From the IMG/VR virus record IMGVR_UViG_3300006217_000229: DNA of 36,607 nt; one strand, 5' to 3'. The position numbers were made by a program, and so were the translations under genes. Origin of the DNA: a virus. The notes below the pieces were generated by a model. The model was not told the origin of the DNA, did no database searches, and worked only from the letters and a program-made list of their open reading frames with translations. Positions 18,844 through 28,193 of the stretch are shown in pieces. The stretch's first letter is position 1. The number at the start of each line of letters is the position of its first letter.

Positions 18844-19065
18844 ATGTCTAAATTTTTATTAATAGATGGGAGCTATAGTACAGTTGAAGTTACAATACCA
18901 GATTGTACAGAATTATTAAGAAAAATAAAGCCTGAAGATATAAAGAAAAACAAAAATAGAAGAGAACTTGGATTATCAATAACGAAGTTTTTAGAAGAAA
19001 ATGGAGATATGAATCGTAGAAAATATTATGGAGGTGCAAAACAAAATGGGAATGTCAAAAACTAA
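18844..19065 (+). CDS. Hypothetical protein
   Basis: Tightly coupled ORF. No family recognised. Confidence 0.45.
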   Translation: MSKFLLIDGSYSTVEVTIPDCTELLRKIKPEDIKKNKNRRELGLSITKFLEENGDMNRRKYYGGAKQNGNVKN

Positions 19066-19336
19066 AAAAGCAATCGTAGCTTTGCAAGAAAGAGTAAATA
19101 CAATAGAACTTAATGGCGACATGATAGAAAAAGCATTAGGAAAAGAACAATATGAGGCCACAGTAAAATGCAAAGATGAAATAAAAACATTACTAGAAGC
19201 CTATGAAAAGCAAAAAGAATTTACAAGAAATACAATAAAAAACGCACGTACTAAAGTGTTAAATCAGAGAAATACAATAAAGATGTTAAAAAATCATAAT
19301 AAAAAGAAGAGTGGAAATTATGAAACAAATATTTAA
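19046..19336 (+). CDS. Hypothetical coiled-coil protein
   Basis: GGAGG at 19030-19034 precedes ATG 19046. Confidence 0.45.
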   Translation: MGMSKTKKAIVALQERVNTIELNGDMIEKALGKEQYEATVKCKDEIKTLLEAYEKQKEFTRNTIKNARTKVLNQRNTIKMLKNHNKKKSGNYETNI

Positions 19337-20709
19337 GCCTCATGAGTATCAGAAATATTGTATTTCAAGATGTATTACAGATAACAAGTTAGGATTATTT
19401 TTAGACATGGGTCTTGGTAAAACAGTAATAACTTTAACAGCAATAAATGACTTAAAATATAATAGGTTTAAAATACAAAAGGTTTTAGTAATAGCACCTA
19501 AGAGAGTAGCAGAAGATACCTGGACTAGAGAACAGGAAAAATGGGAACATTTAAAACTTTTGAGAGTTCAACCTGTTCTTGGGTCCTTACAAAAAAGAAT
19601 AAAAGCTTTAAATACTCCAGCAGATGTGTATGTGATCAATAGAGAAAATGTAGTATGGCTAGTTGATTATTATAAAAATGATTGGCCATTTGACACCGTA
19701 ATAATAGATGAATTATCGAGTTTTAAAAATAATAATTCAAAAAGATTTAAAGCTTTAAAGTGCATAAGGCCATTAATCAAAAGAATTATTGGTCTAACTG
19801 GAACACCTGCACCAAACGGGTATATAGATTTATGGTCTCAGATATATTTATTAGATCAGGGGGAAAGATTAGGTAAATTTATTACACATTATAGAGAAAA
19901 CTATTTTGAACCAGATAAAAGAAATGCAGAAAGAATATTTACTTATAAAGCAAGAGAAAATGCAGTTAGCACTATAAAAAATAAGATATCAGATATATGC
20001 ATAAGTTTACAAGCAAAAGATTACCTAGAGATGCCTGAGAAAGTAATAGATAATAGATTTATAAAATTAGATGCTAAAACACAAAAAGAGTATGACCAAT
20101 TTGAAAGAGAAATGTTTTTGAGACTTGATGAAGATGAAATTGATGTTACATCTGCAGCCGCACTTACTAATAAGCTTTTACAGTTCTGCAATGGTGCAGT
20201 TTACAAAGATGATAGCAAAGAATATGCAGAAGTGCATAATCTGAAAATAGATGCATTGGTAGAATTGATAGAAGAAGCACAGCGGACAGCCTTTGTTAGT
20301 ATTTTATAACTTTCAGCATGATTTAGATAGAATTAAAAAAGAGCTTAAAAAATTAAAATTAAGAGTCGGTATTTTAAAAGACAGTCAAGATATATCAAAA
20401 TGGAATAACAAAGAACTTGATATATTATTAGCGCACCCAGCATCTGCAGCATATGGATTAAATCTTCAAGAAGGCGGAAGTCATGTTGTTTGGTTCGGAT
20501 TGAATTGGAGCTTAGAGTTATATAGTCAAGCAAATGCAAGATTATATAGACAAGGTCAGAAGAACACTGTATTTATACATAATTTAGTTGTAGATGGGTG
20601 TAGAGACGTAGATGTAATTGATGCTTTAGAAAACAAGAACAGTAATCAAAATGCACTTTTAGAGAGTTTAAAAGCTAGAATTAGAAAAGTAAAAAACGAA
20701 AGGATCTAA
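19320..20709 (+). CDS. SNF2-family helicase; needs +1 shift at in-frame CGG 20283-20285
   Basis: Motif I LDMGLGKT, motif II IIDELSSFKN, motif III LTGTP. The junction ...LVELIEEAQ[G]QPLLVFYNFQHDL leads into the C-terminal helicase lobe (LLAHPASAAYGLNLQ, QANARLYRQGQ). Confidence 0.85.
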
Positions 20710-20713
20710 TAAG

Positions 20714-20914
20714 ATGAAAATTCTTGAACAAGGTAAGATTAAGCAGATATTAAAAATAAAGAAATGCAAAATTTGTAAATCAGTATTCACCTATAGTGAA
20801 GAAGATGCAATGGTTATTTTTAACACAATGAAAGAAAAAATATCAGTAGGAGTAGTATGCCCAGTTTGTGAAGAACTTATAAAGATATCTGCATTTGATA
20901 GGAAGGCTAAATAG
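20714..20914 (+). CDS. Small zinc-ribbon protein
   Basis: CKICK...CPVCE cysteine pairs. Confidence 0.5.
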   Translation: MKILEQGKIKQILKIKKCKICKSVFTYSEEDAMVIFNTMKEKISVGVVCPVCEELIKISAFDRKAK

Positions 20915-20929
20915 AAAGAAGGTGACAGA

Positions 20930-21094
20930 ATGATTATAATACTTAAGATTATAATTGCAGTATTATTAGGATTATTTATAATCGGAAAAATGGCAGATTC
21001 ATTTAATAATAAAGACAATATAAAAATGGAGGTAGTATATTACGTTGAAATTATAATTAGCATTATTTGTACCATAATCTTGTTTAGATTGTGA
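20930..21094 (+). CDS. Hypothetical small membrane protein (54 aa)
   Basis: AAGGTG RBS and two hydrophobic segments. The ORF is below the track threshold. Confidence 0.35.
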   Translation: MIIILKIIIAVLLGLFIIGKMADSFNNKDNIKMEVVYYVEIIISIICTIILFRL

Positions 21095-21103
21095 GGTGTT
21101 TAG

Positions 21104-21523
21104 ATGACAAGAGATAAGTTAGCAAAATACTATGATTTAAAAGATGAAATATTTGACTTAAAGAAAAGAATACATAAAATTAAGAATGATGGTTTAATAG
21201 AAAAAGATAGCGTAAAAGGATCTTCAAAGTATCATCCATATATATCACACAGTATGGTTGTAGAAGGGCCAGGAGAGGGAACAATAAAATTACTAACAGC
21301 ATTGGAGCAAAAGCTTTCGAAACAATATGAAAAGTTGTTAGAACAACAAATAGAGATAGAGGATTTTATAGAAACAATTGAAAAACCTAAACTTAGAGAG
21401 ATTTTTAGATTAAGATATTTGGATGGGTATACCTGGTATCAGATAGCATTGGAATGTGGGTATAATAACGAGGACACCCCAAGAAAGAAACACGACAGAT
21501 TTTTAGAGAACTTACAGCCATAA
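21104..21523 (+). CDS. Late-gene transcriptional regulator, sigma-70 region-4-like HTH (RinA/ArpU-like position)
   Basis: The C-terminal REIFRLRYLDGYTWYQIALECGYNNEDTPRKKHDRFLENL resembles sigma region 4. It is the last gene before the packaging operon. Confidence 0.55.
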   Translation: MTRDKLAKYYDLKDEIFDLKKRIHKIKNDGLIEKDSVKGSSKYHPYISHSMVVEGPGEGTIKLLTALEQKLSKQYEKLLEQQIEIEDFIETIEKPKLREIFRLRYLDGYTWYQIALECGYNNEDTPRKKHDRFLENLQP

Positions 21524-21540
21524 TGGTTGTAAGTTTTTTT
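21511..21540 (+). terminator. Rho-independent terminator overlapping the regulator stop codon
   Basis: Stem cttacagcc/ggttgtaag with one G-U pair, 5-nt loop, T7. Confidence 0.75.
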
Positions 21541-21555
21541 ATAAAAATTTATAAA

Positions 21556-21574
21556 ATGTCCGGTCATGTCCGGT
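21556..21574. repeat. Tandem ATGTCCGGT x2 (GC-rich motif in AT-rich spacer)
   Basis: The sequence atgtccggtc atgtccggtg lies between two terminators upstream of terS. Confidence 0.7.
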
Positions 21575-21648
21575 GTCAAGATGTTAAAATAAGTATAAGC
21601 AAAAGTATATACATCTACTTTTTACTAATAGTTATTTTGATAAAAAAG

Positions 21649-21678
21649 CTTGTTACTTAGCAGTAACGAGTTTTTTTT
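21649..21678 (+). terminator. Rho-independent terminator 24 nt upstream of terS
   Basis: 9-bp stem cttgttact/agtaacgag with one G-U pair, 4-nt loop, T8. Confidence 0.75.
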
Positions 21679-21701
21679 ATGCAGAGAAGAGGTGAACCGG
21701 A

Positions 21702-22222
21702 TTGGCAAAATTAACAGATAAACAGGAGCGATTTGTAGAAGAGTATCTTATAGATTTAAATTCAACACAAGCTGCAATAAGGGCGGGGTATAGTGTTAAG
21801 AGTGCAGGAAAGATAGGACCAGAACTACTAGGCAAAACTAGGATTTCAGAGGCAATAACAAAGAAAAAAGCTGAACGTTCTAAAAGAACAGGAATAACAG
21901 CTGACAGAGTGCTAGAAGAGTATGCAAAAATTGCTTTTGCAAATGCTGATGACATTATAGATTTTAAAACCGGAAGAATTAAGCCATTTGCTACAAAAGA
22001 TGATTTAGCAACGATACAATCTGTTAAAGTAAAAGAGTCATCTCGGAAATGTAGACACAGAGGAAAGAGAAGTAAAATTGTATGATAAACAAAGGGCATT
22101 AGAAATGCTTGGAAAGCATTTGGGAATGTTTAAAGATAAAGTTGAGCTATCTGGGAATGTTGGACATCCGCTTCTTGAAAGTATAGCAAGACAGCTTCGG
22201 CGGTGGTGCAAGTGCAGAATAA
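21702..22222 (+). CDS. terS: Terminase small subunit (Terminase_2/P27-like); needs +1 shift at in-frame CGG 22044-22046 and probably at CGG-CGG 22198-22203
   Basis: GAGGTG RBS then TTG 21702. N-terminus: MAKLTDKQERFVEEYLIDLNSTQAAIRAGYS. Junction: ...VKVKESS[G]NVDTEEREVKLYDKQRALEMLGKHLGMFKDKVELSG, the conserved terS C-terminal motif. The second shift would end the protein as ...ARQL[G]GGASAE* at 22222. Without it the stop is at 22239. Confidence 0.75.
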
Positions 22223-23588
22223 TGAGCCATTTCCATTAAGTTCAAAGTACATAGATTTTATGAAGCACGATGCAAGCGCGGAATTCCTAGAGGGAACAAC
22301 ATATGCAGGTAAGACAACAGTAGCGATACCAAAGTTCATGAACAAAGTAATGCTAAGTCCTAAAAAGTCTATTATTTCAGGATTAGATTTAGGAACAATT
22401 CAAAAGAATATTGTAACAAAAGATCATGGAATATTAGAGCTGTATGGGGATTATGAAAAAGGTGGATTAATAGAGCAAAACACAAATGGAACTAAAGAAG
22501 ATAGCCTTCCACATTTATTGTTTCATACTCCTTATGGGGTCAAGACAATTTATCTGATAGGGTATGATAATACAGCAAGATGGAAAAAAGCACTTGGTGG
22601 ACAATATGGGAATTTACTCATAGATGAGTTTAACATAGCTGATATGGAATTTGTAAGAGAAGCATTCATGAGGGCAGATTATAGGTTATGCACTATGAAC
22701 CCAGATGACCCAAATAAAGAGTGCTATACACAGTATGTTAATAAATCAAAACCAATAGATAAATACAAGGATGATGCTCCAGCAGAACTTTTAAAGATGT
22801 TAGATCAACCTCAAGTAAACGATTGGACTTGGTGGTATTTTACTTTTGATGATAATGCGAGTTTAACGCCAGAGAAAAAGCATGACATTATAAGTACAAC
22901 CCCAAAAGGCACTAAACTTTGGAAGAATAAAATACAAGGCCTAAGAGGAAAGGCAACAGGATTAATATTTAATATAGAAAAACAACACACAATAACTGTT
23001 GAGGAAGCTAAAAAGTTAAAATTTAAGACTTTTTCTGTTGGATGCGATACATCATATTCAAAAGAAACTCATGATAAATTAACACTTGAGGGTACAGGAA
23101 TTACAGTTGATAATAGATGCGTTTTACTAAAAGAAAAAGGTTTTAATAATAAAAATAGAGAAAATCCATTTGCGCCATCTGATGTAGTAAAATGGATTTT
23201 AGACTTTATGGAAGAATTCAAGCAGGAATGGGGATTTGCAAGAACATGTTATATAGACAGTGCAGACAGTGGAACTATTATGGAAGCTAAGAAGATGAAA
23301 AGACTTACTCATTGTGTTTATAACTTTGAACCTTCTTGGAAGAAAACTAAGAATATAACAAGAATTCAATTAGAGCAAAGTTGGTTAACTACTGGCGATT
23401 TTTTAATTGTTGATACATGCACTGATTATTTAGCTGAAAGTGATGTTTACAGTTGGACTGAAGATAATAAGCCAGAAGATAAAAATGACCATCACAGACA
23501 AGGATGTCAATATTCATGGCTTCCATATAAAAGACAAATTGGTAATTGGGAAAAGATAAAACAGATAATAAAGGATGCTGATGATTAA
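22203..23588 (+). CDS. terL: Terminase large subunit
   Basis: Walker A-like EGTTYAGKTT, Walker B-like NLLIDEFN, and a C-terminal nuclease region. The start is uncertain (GTG 22203, 22206 or 22212) and overlaps the terS end. Confidence 0.85.
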   Translation: MVQVQNNEPFPLSSKYIDFMKHDASAEFLEGTTYAGKTTVAIPKFMNKVMLSPKKSIISGLDLGTIQKNIVTKDHGILELYGDYEKGGLIEQNTNGTKEDSLPHLLFHTPYGVKTIYLIGYDNTARWKKALGGQYGNLLIDEFNIADMEFVREAFMRADYRLCTMNPDDPNKECYTQYVNKSKPIDKYKDDAPAELLKMLDQPQVNDWTWWYFTFDDNASLTPEKKHDIISTTPKGTKLWKNKIQGLRGKATGLIFNIEKQHTITVEEAKKLKFKTFSVGCDTSYSKETHDKLTLEGTGITVDNRCVLLKEKGFNNKNRENPFAPSDVVKWILDFMEEFKQEWGFARTCYIDSADSGTIMEAKKMKRLTHCVYNFEPSWKKTKNITRIQLEQSWLTTGDFLIVDTCTDYLAESDVYSWTEDNKPEDKNDHHRQGCQYSWLPYKRQIGNWEKIKQIIKDADD

Positions 23589-23827
23589 TGGAAACAAAAT
23601 GCATTTGTTTAATAGAAAATAGAGCTTATAAGATGGAAGAAGTTAGATTAAGAGAAATATTAAATATGATTAAGAAAAAATATAGAAAAGATAATAAGCA
23701 TGCAATATATGCATTGAGAAAGGGAAATACCTTTGATTTGCAAAGGCAAGAATTTAGTACGTTTTATAGAACTCAATTGAAAGCTGAAGAGTATAGAAAA
23801 CAAGGGTATGTTGTTTATTGTGTGTAG
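23588..23827 (+). CDS. Hypothetical protein
   Basis: TAATG overlap with the terL stop. Confidence 0.45.
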   Translation: METKCICLIENRAYKMEEVRLREILNMIKKKYRKDNKHAIYALRKGNTFDLQRQEFSTFYRTQLKAEEYRKQGYVVYCV

Positions 23828-23838
23828 GAGGAGATCAA

Positions 23839-25295
23839 ATGGGAATAGGAGGTAAACTAAAAGAAATGGTTAGAAACTGGTTAGAAATACAACCGTCTAT
23901 TCGGGGAGTCTGTAACAATTCAGCAGAATGATACGTTCGAAGGGAATTGTTTTAGAAATTTACTATGGTATAGAGGTGATCCGACTGAGTTACATCAATA
24001 TTATACTCAGATAGACGACATGATGGGAAACTCAAAATTTTGGGCTGCTCAAAGTACAGATGGAGTAGATTTTAGAAAGATACATACAGGACTTCCTGCT
24101 TTAATAGTAGATATTCTAGCAGATATTATTATAGATTCTTTAAACTCAATTGATATAGGTAAAAATGATGACGCTCAAAAAAATTGGAACAAAATTGAAG
24201 AAGATAATAGCTTTAAAGACATAGTAAAACAAGCGATAATAGATGTGTTTATAGAATGCGATGGAGCGTTTAAAATAAGTTATGATACTGATGTATCAGA
24301 ATACCCAATAATAGAGTTTTACTCAGGACCTAATGTAGAATTTGTTTATAAAAGAGGCAGAATAGTAGCAATAATATTCAAGACAAAATATAAAAAGAAA
24401 AATGCAGAATATTTGTTAAAAGAAAAATATGATAAAAATGGAATAACCTATAGATTATATAGAAATGAGGCAATTGTAGGATTAGAGGAATTAGATGAGA
24501 CTAAGGACTTAAAGGAAGTTACAGATAATAACTTTATGATGGCGGTTCCTATGATGTTTAATAAGTCTAAAAAATTCAAGGGTAGAGGACAAAGTATACT
24601 TGATAAGAAAATTGATGACTTTGATAGCTTTGATGAAGTATGGTCACAATGGATTGAAGCTTTAAGAGATAATAAAACTCAGACATATATACCAGAAGAA
24701 CTTATTCCAACAAATGACAATGGAGATTTGCTAAAACCTAATACCTGGAATAAACGTTTTGTGCAGATAGGAAATACAACAACTGAAGATAAAGCAGGGC
24801 AAGTGTTAAGGGTTACACGGCGATTTCGACTATGAAAAGATGCTTCAAGGTTATATCACAGCATTGGATTTATGTCTGCAAGGACTTATATCTCCATCTA
24901 CTTTAGGAATTGATACTAAGAAACTTGATAATGCAGAGGCACAAAGGGAAAAAGAGAAGGTAACTCAATATACTAGAAATAAAGTAATAAGAATATTAGA
25001 AAAGGTACTTCCACAAGTTGCAACTATTGCACTTATGGCATATGATAAAGCAAGAGGAGAAGTAGCAGGGGAATATACAGCTACTGCAGACTTTGGAGAA
25101 TATAGTTCTCCAAGTTTTGAAGCAGTTGTTGAAACGATTTCAAAAGCAAGACCAGGTCAATCTATTATGAGTGTTGAAAAATCAGTAGATGAACTATATG
25201 GAGATAGTCTATCAGAAACAGAAAAAAAGGAAGAAATAAACCGTTTGAAAGAAGAGGCAGGAATAATAGAAAAGAACGAGCCTACGGTATGGTAG
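23839..25295 (+). CDS. Portal protein (SPP1 gp6-like); needs +1 shifts at in-frame CGG 23902-23904 and 24818-24820
   Basis: AGGAGG RBS then ATG 23839. First junction: MGIGGKLKEMVRNWLEIQPSI[G]ESVTIQQNDTFEGNCFRNLLWYRGDPTELHQYY. Second junction: ...GQVLRVT[G]DFDYEKMLQGYITALDLCLQGLISPSTLGIDTKKLDNAEAQREKEK. Confidence 0.85.
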
Positions 25296-25305
25296 GTGAC
25301 TAAAT

Positions 25306-26802
25306 ATGTCTGATGAATATGATATTAAAAAGATATTTGAAGAAATCGAATTGGAATTAATAGCATCTATGAAAAGAACTTTGTGGTTACACAAAGAAGA
25401 TGAAAGCGCAAAAGATTTCAACTGGCCTCAATGGCAGGCGTTAAAATTAAAACAAATACAGCAATATAGAATAGATAATAAAGAAATATTTGATAGCAAA
25501 GCAATAGACGTAGATAGACATGTGATAAAACATATGAAACAACAATTCAAAGAAGCGGCTGCGAAAACGAATAAAAGAGCAATAAAGCTTGGGATTATAA
25601 GTAATAAAGATTCTGAATTTGGAGGATCTTTTTTTGGTTTAAACACAAGAAAATTAGATTCTCTAATAAATAGTGCAAAAAATGATTTAAGAGATGTAAG
25701 AACTGCAACATTAAGGATGGCAAACGACCAGTTTAGACAAGTTATATATAAATCGCAAATGTATGCTAATATGGGTGTTGGAACAGTGCAGCAAGCTATT
25801 GACATGGCAACAAAAGATTTTTTAAGCAGGGGATTTAACTGCATAGAATATAAAAATGGAAGAAGAATAAACATTGCAGATTATTGTGATATGTCTATAA
25901 AAACAGCATATACAAGAGCAGGACTTGCAGGAGATGGCGAAATCAGAAAGAAAATAGGTAATCCACTCGTTTATGTATCAAAGCACGAGGGAACTTGTGA
26001 TAAATGCAGTAAATGGGCTGGAAGAGTATATATAGATGACGTATGGTCAGGAGGTAAAGAAGAAGATGGGAAATACCCGCTTCTATCAACAGCAATAGCA
26101 GGGGGGCTATTTCACCCTCGCTGTCAGCACAGAACGACTACATATTTTGAAGGAATAAACGAAGAGCCAGAAGAGATACAAGAAAACGAGCATAATAACA
26201 ATGACGTATATATACAAGACTTGCAGAGAAGAAAAAAACAGTACGAAAGATTAGCAGCAGGCAGTTTATATACAGATAATATTCAAGATTATTCAAATAA
26301 AGCAGCTAATTTGCAAAATCAGATAGAAAGTAGTAAAATAGAACTATTAGAGGATGAGCAGTATGCTATGAATAGATATATTGCTTCTGAGAGCTATAAA
26401 ATTAATGAAGCTTTAAGAAATGAAATGGAATTAACTCAGATGCAAGAAAAAATAATGCACAACTTGGATTCAGCATTAGAAAAGATGCCAAACTATAATG
26501 GAAACATAGTAAGAACTATGCAGATAGATGATGATTTTAAGTTAAGGCAGTTCATAGACAGTTTAGAGGTAGGAAAACCGTATAAACCAAAAGAATATTT
26601 ATCTTTTAGCGATAAATTAGACTACAATTTGAAATCAAACGTAGATATATTCGTAGAAAACAGTAAAAAGGGAAAGGATTTAAGAGCCTACAACAAAGAA
26701 GAAAGTGAAATAATATATAAAAGAGATAGTAAATTTAGAGTATTGAATAAGAAACTAGTAAATGGTAAGCATTACATACTGTTGGAGGAGGTATATGAAT
26801 AA
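25306..26802 (+). CDS. Head morphogenesis protein (SPP1 gp7 / Mu F-like) fused to a C-terminal ADP-ribosyltransferase-like domain
   Basis: MuF-type CDKCSKWAGRVY...HPRCQHRTTTY. The C-terminal region has YIASESYKINEALRN, VR, LSFS and EESEI motifs, an R-S-ExE arrangement. Confidence 0.75.
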   Translation: MSDEYDIKKIFEEIELELIASMKRTLWLHKEDESAKDFNWPQWQALKLKQIQQYRIDNKEIFDSKAIDVDRHVIKHMKQQFKEAAAKTNKRAIKLGIISNKDSEFGGSFFGLNTRKLDSLINSAKNDLRDVRTATLRMANDQFRQVIYKSQMYANMGVGTVQQAIDMATKDFLSRGFNCIEYKNGRRINIADYCDMSIKTAYTRAGLAGDGEIRKKIGNPLVYVSKHEGTCDKCSKWAGRVYIDDVWSGGKEEDGKYPLLSTAIAGGLFHPRCQHRTTTYFEGINEEPEEIQENEHNNNDVYIQDLQRRKKQYERLAAGSLYTDNIQDYSNKAANLQNQIESSKIELLEDEQYAMNRYIASESYKINEALRNEMELTQMQEKIMHNLDSALEKMPNYNGNIVRTMQIDDDFKLRQFIDSLEVGKPYKPKEYLSFSDKLDYNLKSNVDIFVENSKKGKDLRAYNKEESEIIYKRDSKFRVLNKKLVNGKHYILLEEVYE

Positions 26803-26992
26803 AAATAGCCCAAGATGGATGCATGAGGTGCCTAATTTTGGAAATCCCATAGGTGAAAAGAAATTCAGCAATAAAGAAAAGATAGAAAATGAAAAGAAAC
26901 TTTTAAGATGTATGGTGGATTTTAAAGAAATAACAGAACAAGAAGCAGAGAAAATGTTAGATGAGTACAAAAAGTCTTTAAATACAAATTAA
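26795..26992 (+). CDS. Hypothetical protein
   Basis: GGAGGAGG RBS precedes ATG 26795. Confidence 0.45.
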   Translation: MNKNSPRWMHEVPNFGNPIGEKKFSNKEKIENEKKLLRCMVDFKEITEQEAEKMLDEYKKSLNTN

Positions 26993-27080
26993 AAACACAT
27001 TTTTATTACAATTTTCGACATTATTTTTATCAAAAGCATGATATTATTCTTTGTAATTAATAAAATAGGAGTGATATTAT

Positions 27081-27341
27081 ATGGTATGTCCAAATTGTGG
27101 TTCAAATAATAGTCAGGCTATATCAAACGTGAAAGGAAAAATAAAAAGAAGAGGTCTAATATCTACTTTAGTAAATCTGTTACTTATATGCTGCACTGCT
27201 GGTGCTTGGTTAATAATTATGATTATTAGAGGTGGCAGTAAAGGAAAGATTAAAACAGAGACTAAATTTGTTTGTATGGATTGTGGTAATGAATACACAG
27301 CTAAAGAGTCAAATAAAGCATTAGCAAAAACAAGAAAATAA
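27081..27341 (+). CDS. Membrane zinc-ribbon protein (moron-like insert in the head module)
   Basis: CPNCG...CMDCG pairs flank a TM segment (LISTLVNLLLICCTAGAWLIIMII). It has its own AGGAG RBS and terminator and an 88-nt non-coding leader. Confidence 0.55.
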   Translation: MVCPNCGSNNSQAISNVKGKIKRRGLISTLVNLLLICCTAGAWLIIMIIRGGSKGKIKTETKFVCMDCGNEYTAKESNKALAKTRK

Positions 27342-27357
27342 ATAAGTTTTTAACATT

Positions 27358-27380
27358 GAGAGCAATAAGCTCTCTTTTTT
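27358..27380 (+). terminator. Rho-independent terminator
   Basis: Stem gagagc/gctctc, 5-nt loop, T6. Confidence 0.75.
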
Positions 27381-27461
27381 ATATGCCAAAAACATGTCTA
27401 TGGCTTAAATAGTATCATGGGCGAATCTATAGCCGACGGGCTTTAAACGGGAGGTTCCAAT

Positions 27462-28193
27462 ATGGAAAATGATGAAGAAAATAAGAATGCAGAGACTCAA
27501 TCTGCTACAGAAAACACTGATGCTGGTAATGAAAATAAAGGGTCTACTTCTGAGGGCACAATAGCAAATGCATTCGGAAATAAAGAGGGAGATGACAGCA
27601 AAGGTAATGAAGAATCTACAGAAGATAACAAGGAAGGTTCTGAAGCTGAAAACAAAGATGAGAAAAAAGGTGGAAGTAAGGCAAGTTCTGTTGCAAAACA
27701 AAATGAGGACGGGTCTATTACTTTCAAAAATCAGAAAGAATTAGACGGGTTCATTTCAAAGATGTATGCCAAAGGCGCATCTAAGGCAGAAAATAACAAT
27801 AACACACAAAATTCTAAAACTGATGAAAACACCAAAGATGGAGAAAAAGAAGAGGAAAGCGATTCACAAGAAGGTGAAATTGGAAACGAGCAACCCCTAA
27901 AGGATTATACAGATTCTATAGCACTAGCTCTAGTAGAAGCAGATATAAACCCTAAGAAAGCAAGAAAAGCTAGCCGTTTAATAGACACTGGCAAAGTAAT
28001 AATAAACGGCGTATTAGACAGTGCGAAATTAGAAGAGGAGATTAACAATCTAGTTGCTGAATGGCCTGAATTAAAGAATTCAAATCAAGATGTTAATCAA
28101 GCAAAGGGTTTTAAATTTGGAGGAGAAGGACAACAAGATGAAAACACAGAAGAGAATCAATTAGCTCAAATCTTTGGTAACAATAATAACTAA
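27462..28193 (+). CDS. Scaffolding protein (DUF4355-like)
   Basis: Highly acidic, low-complexity N-terminus, then a helical region. It lies immediately upstream of the capsid gene. Confidence 0.7.
   Translation: MENDEENKNAETQSATENTDAGNENKGSTSEGTIANAFGNKEGDDSKGNEESTEDNKEGSEAENKDEKKGGSKASSVAKQNEDGSITFKNQKELDGFISKMYAKGASKAENNNNTQNSKTDENTKDGEKEEESDSQEGEIGNEQPLKDYTDSIALALVEADINPKKARKASRLIDTGKVIINGVLDSAKLEEEINNLVAEWPELKNSNQDVNQAKGFKFGGEGQQDENTEENQLAQIFGNNNN

Noticed and set aside
21556-21660. Short ORF (ATG 21556, about 34 codons) containing an in-frame CGG at 21571 that would not need a shift
   Set aside because: It has no RBS, lies between or over two terminators, and its CGG is part of the tandem ATGTCCGGT motif. 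I treated it as non-coding, so it is not counted as a counterexample.
21693-21704. Possible extra recoding site at the terS start: GTG 21693-AAC-CGG plus a +1 shift would read MNG-LAKLTDKQ
   Set aside because: TTG 21702, preceded by GAGGTG at good spacing, explains the start without recoding. The two options cannot be distinguished from sequence, so this site is not counted.
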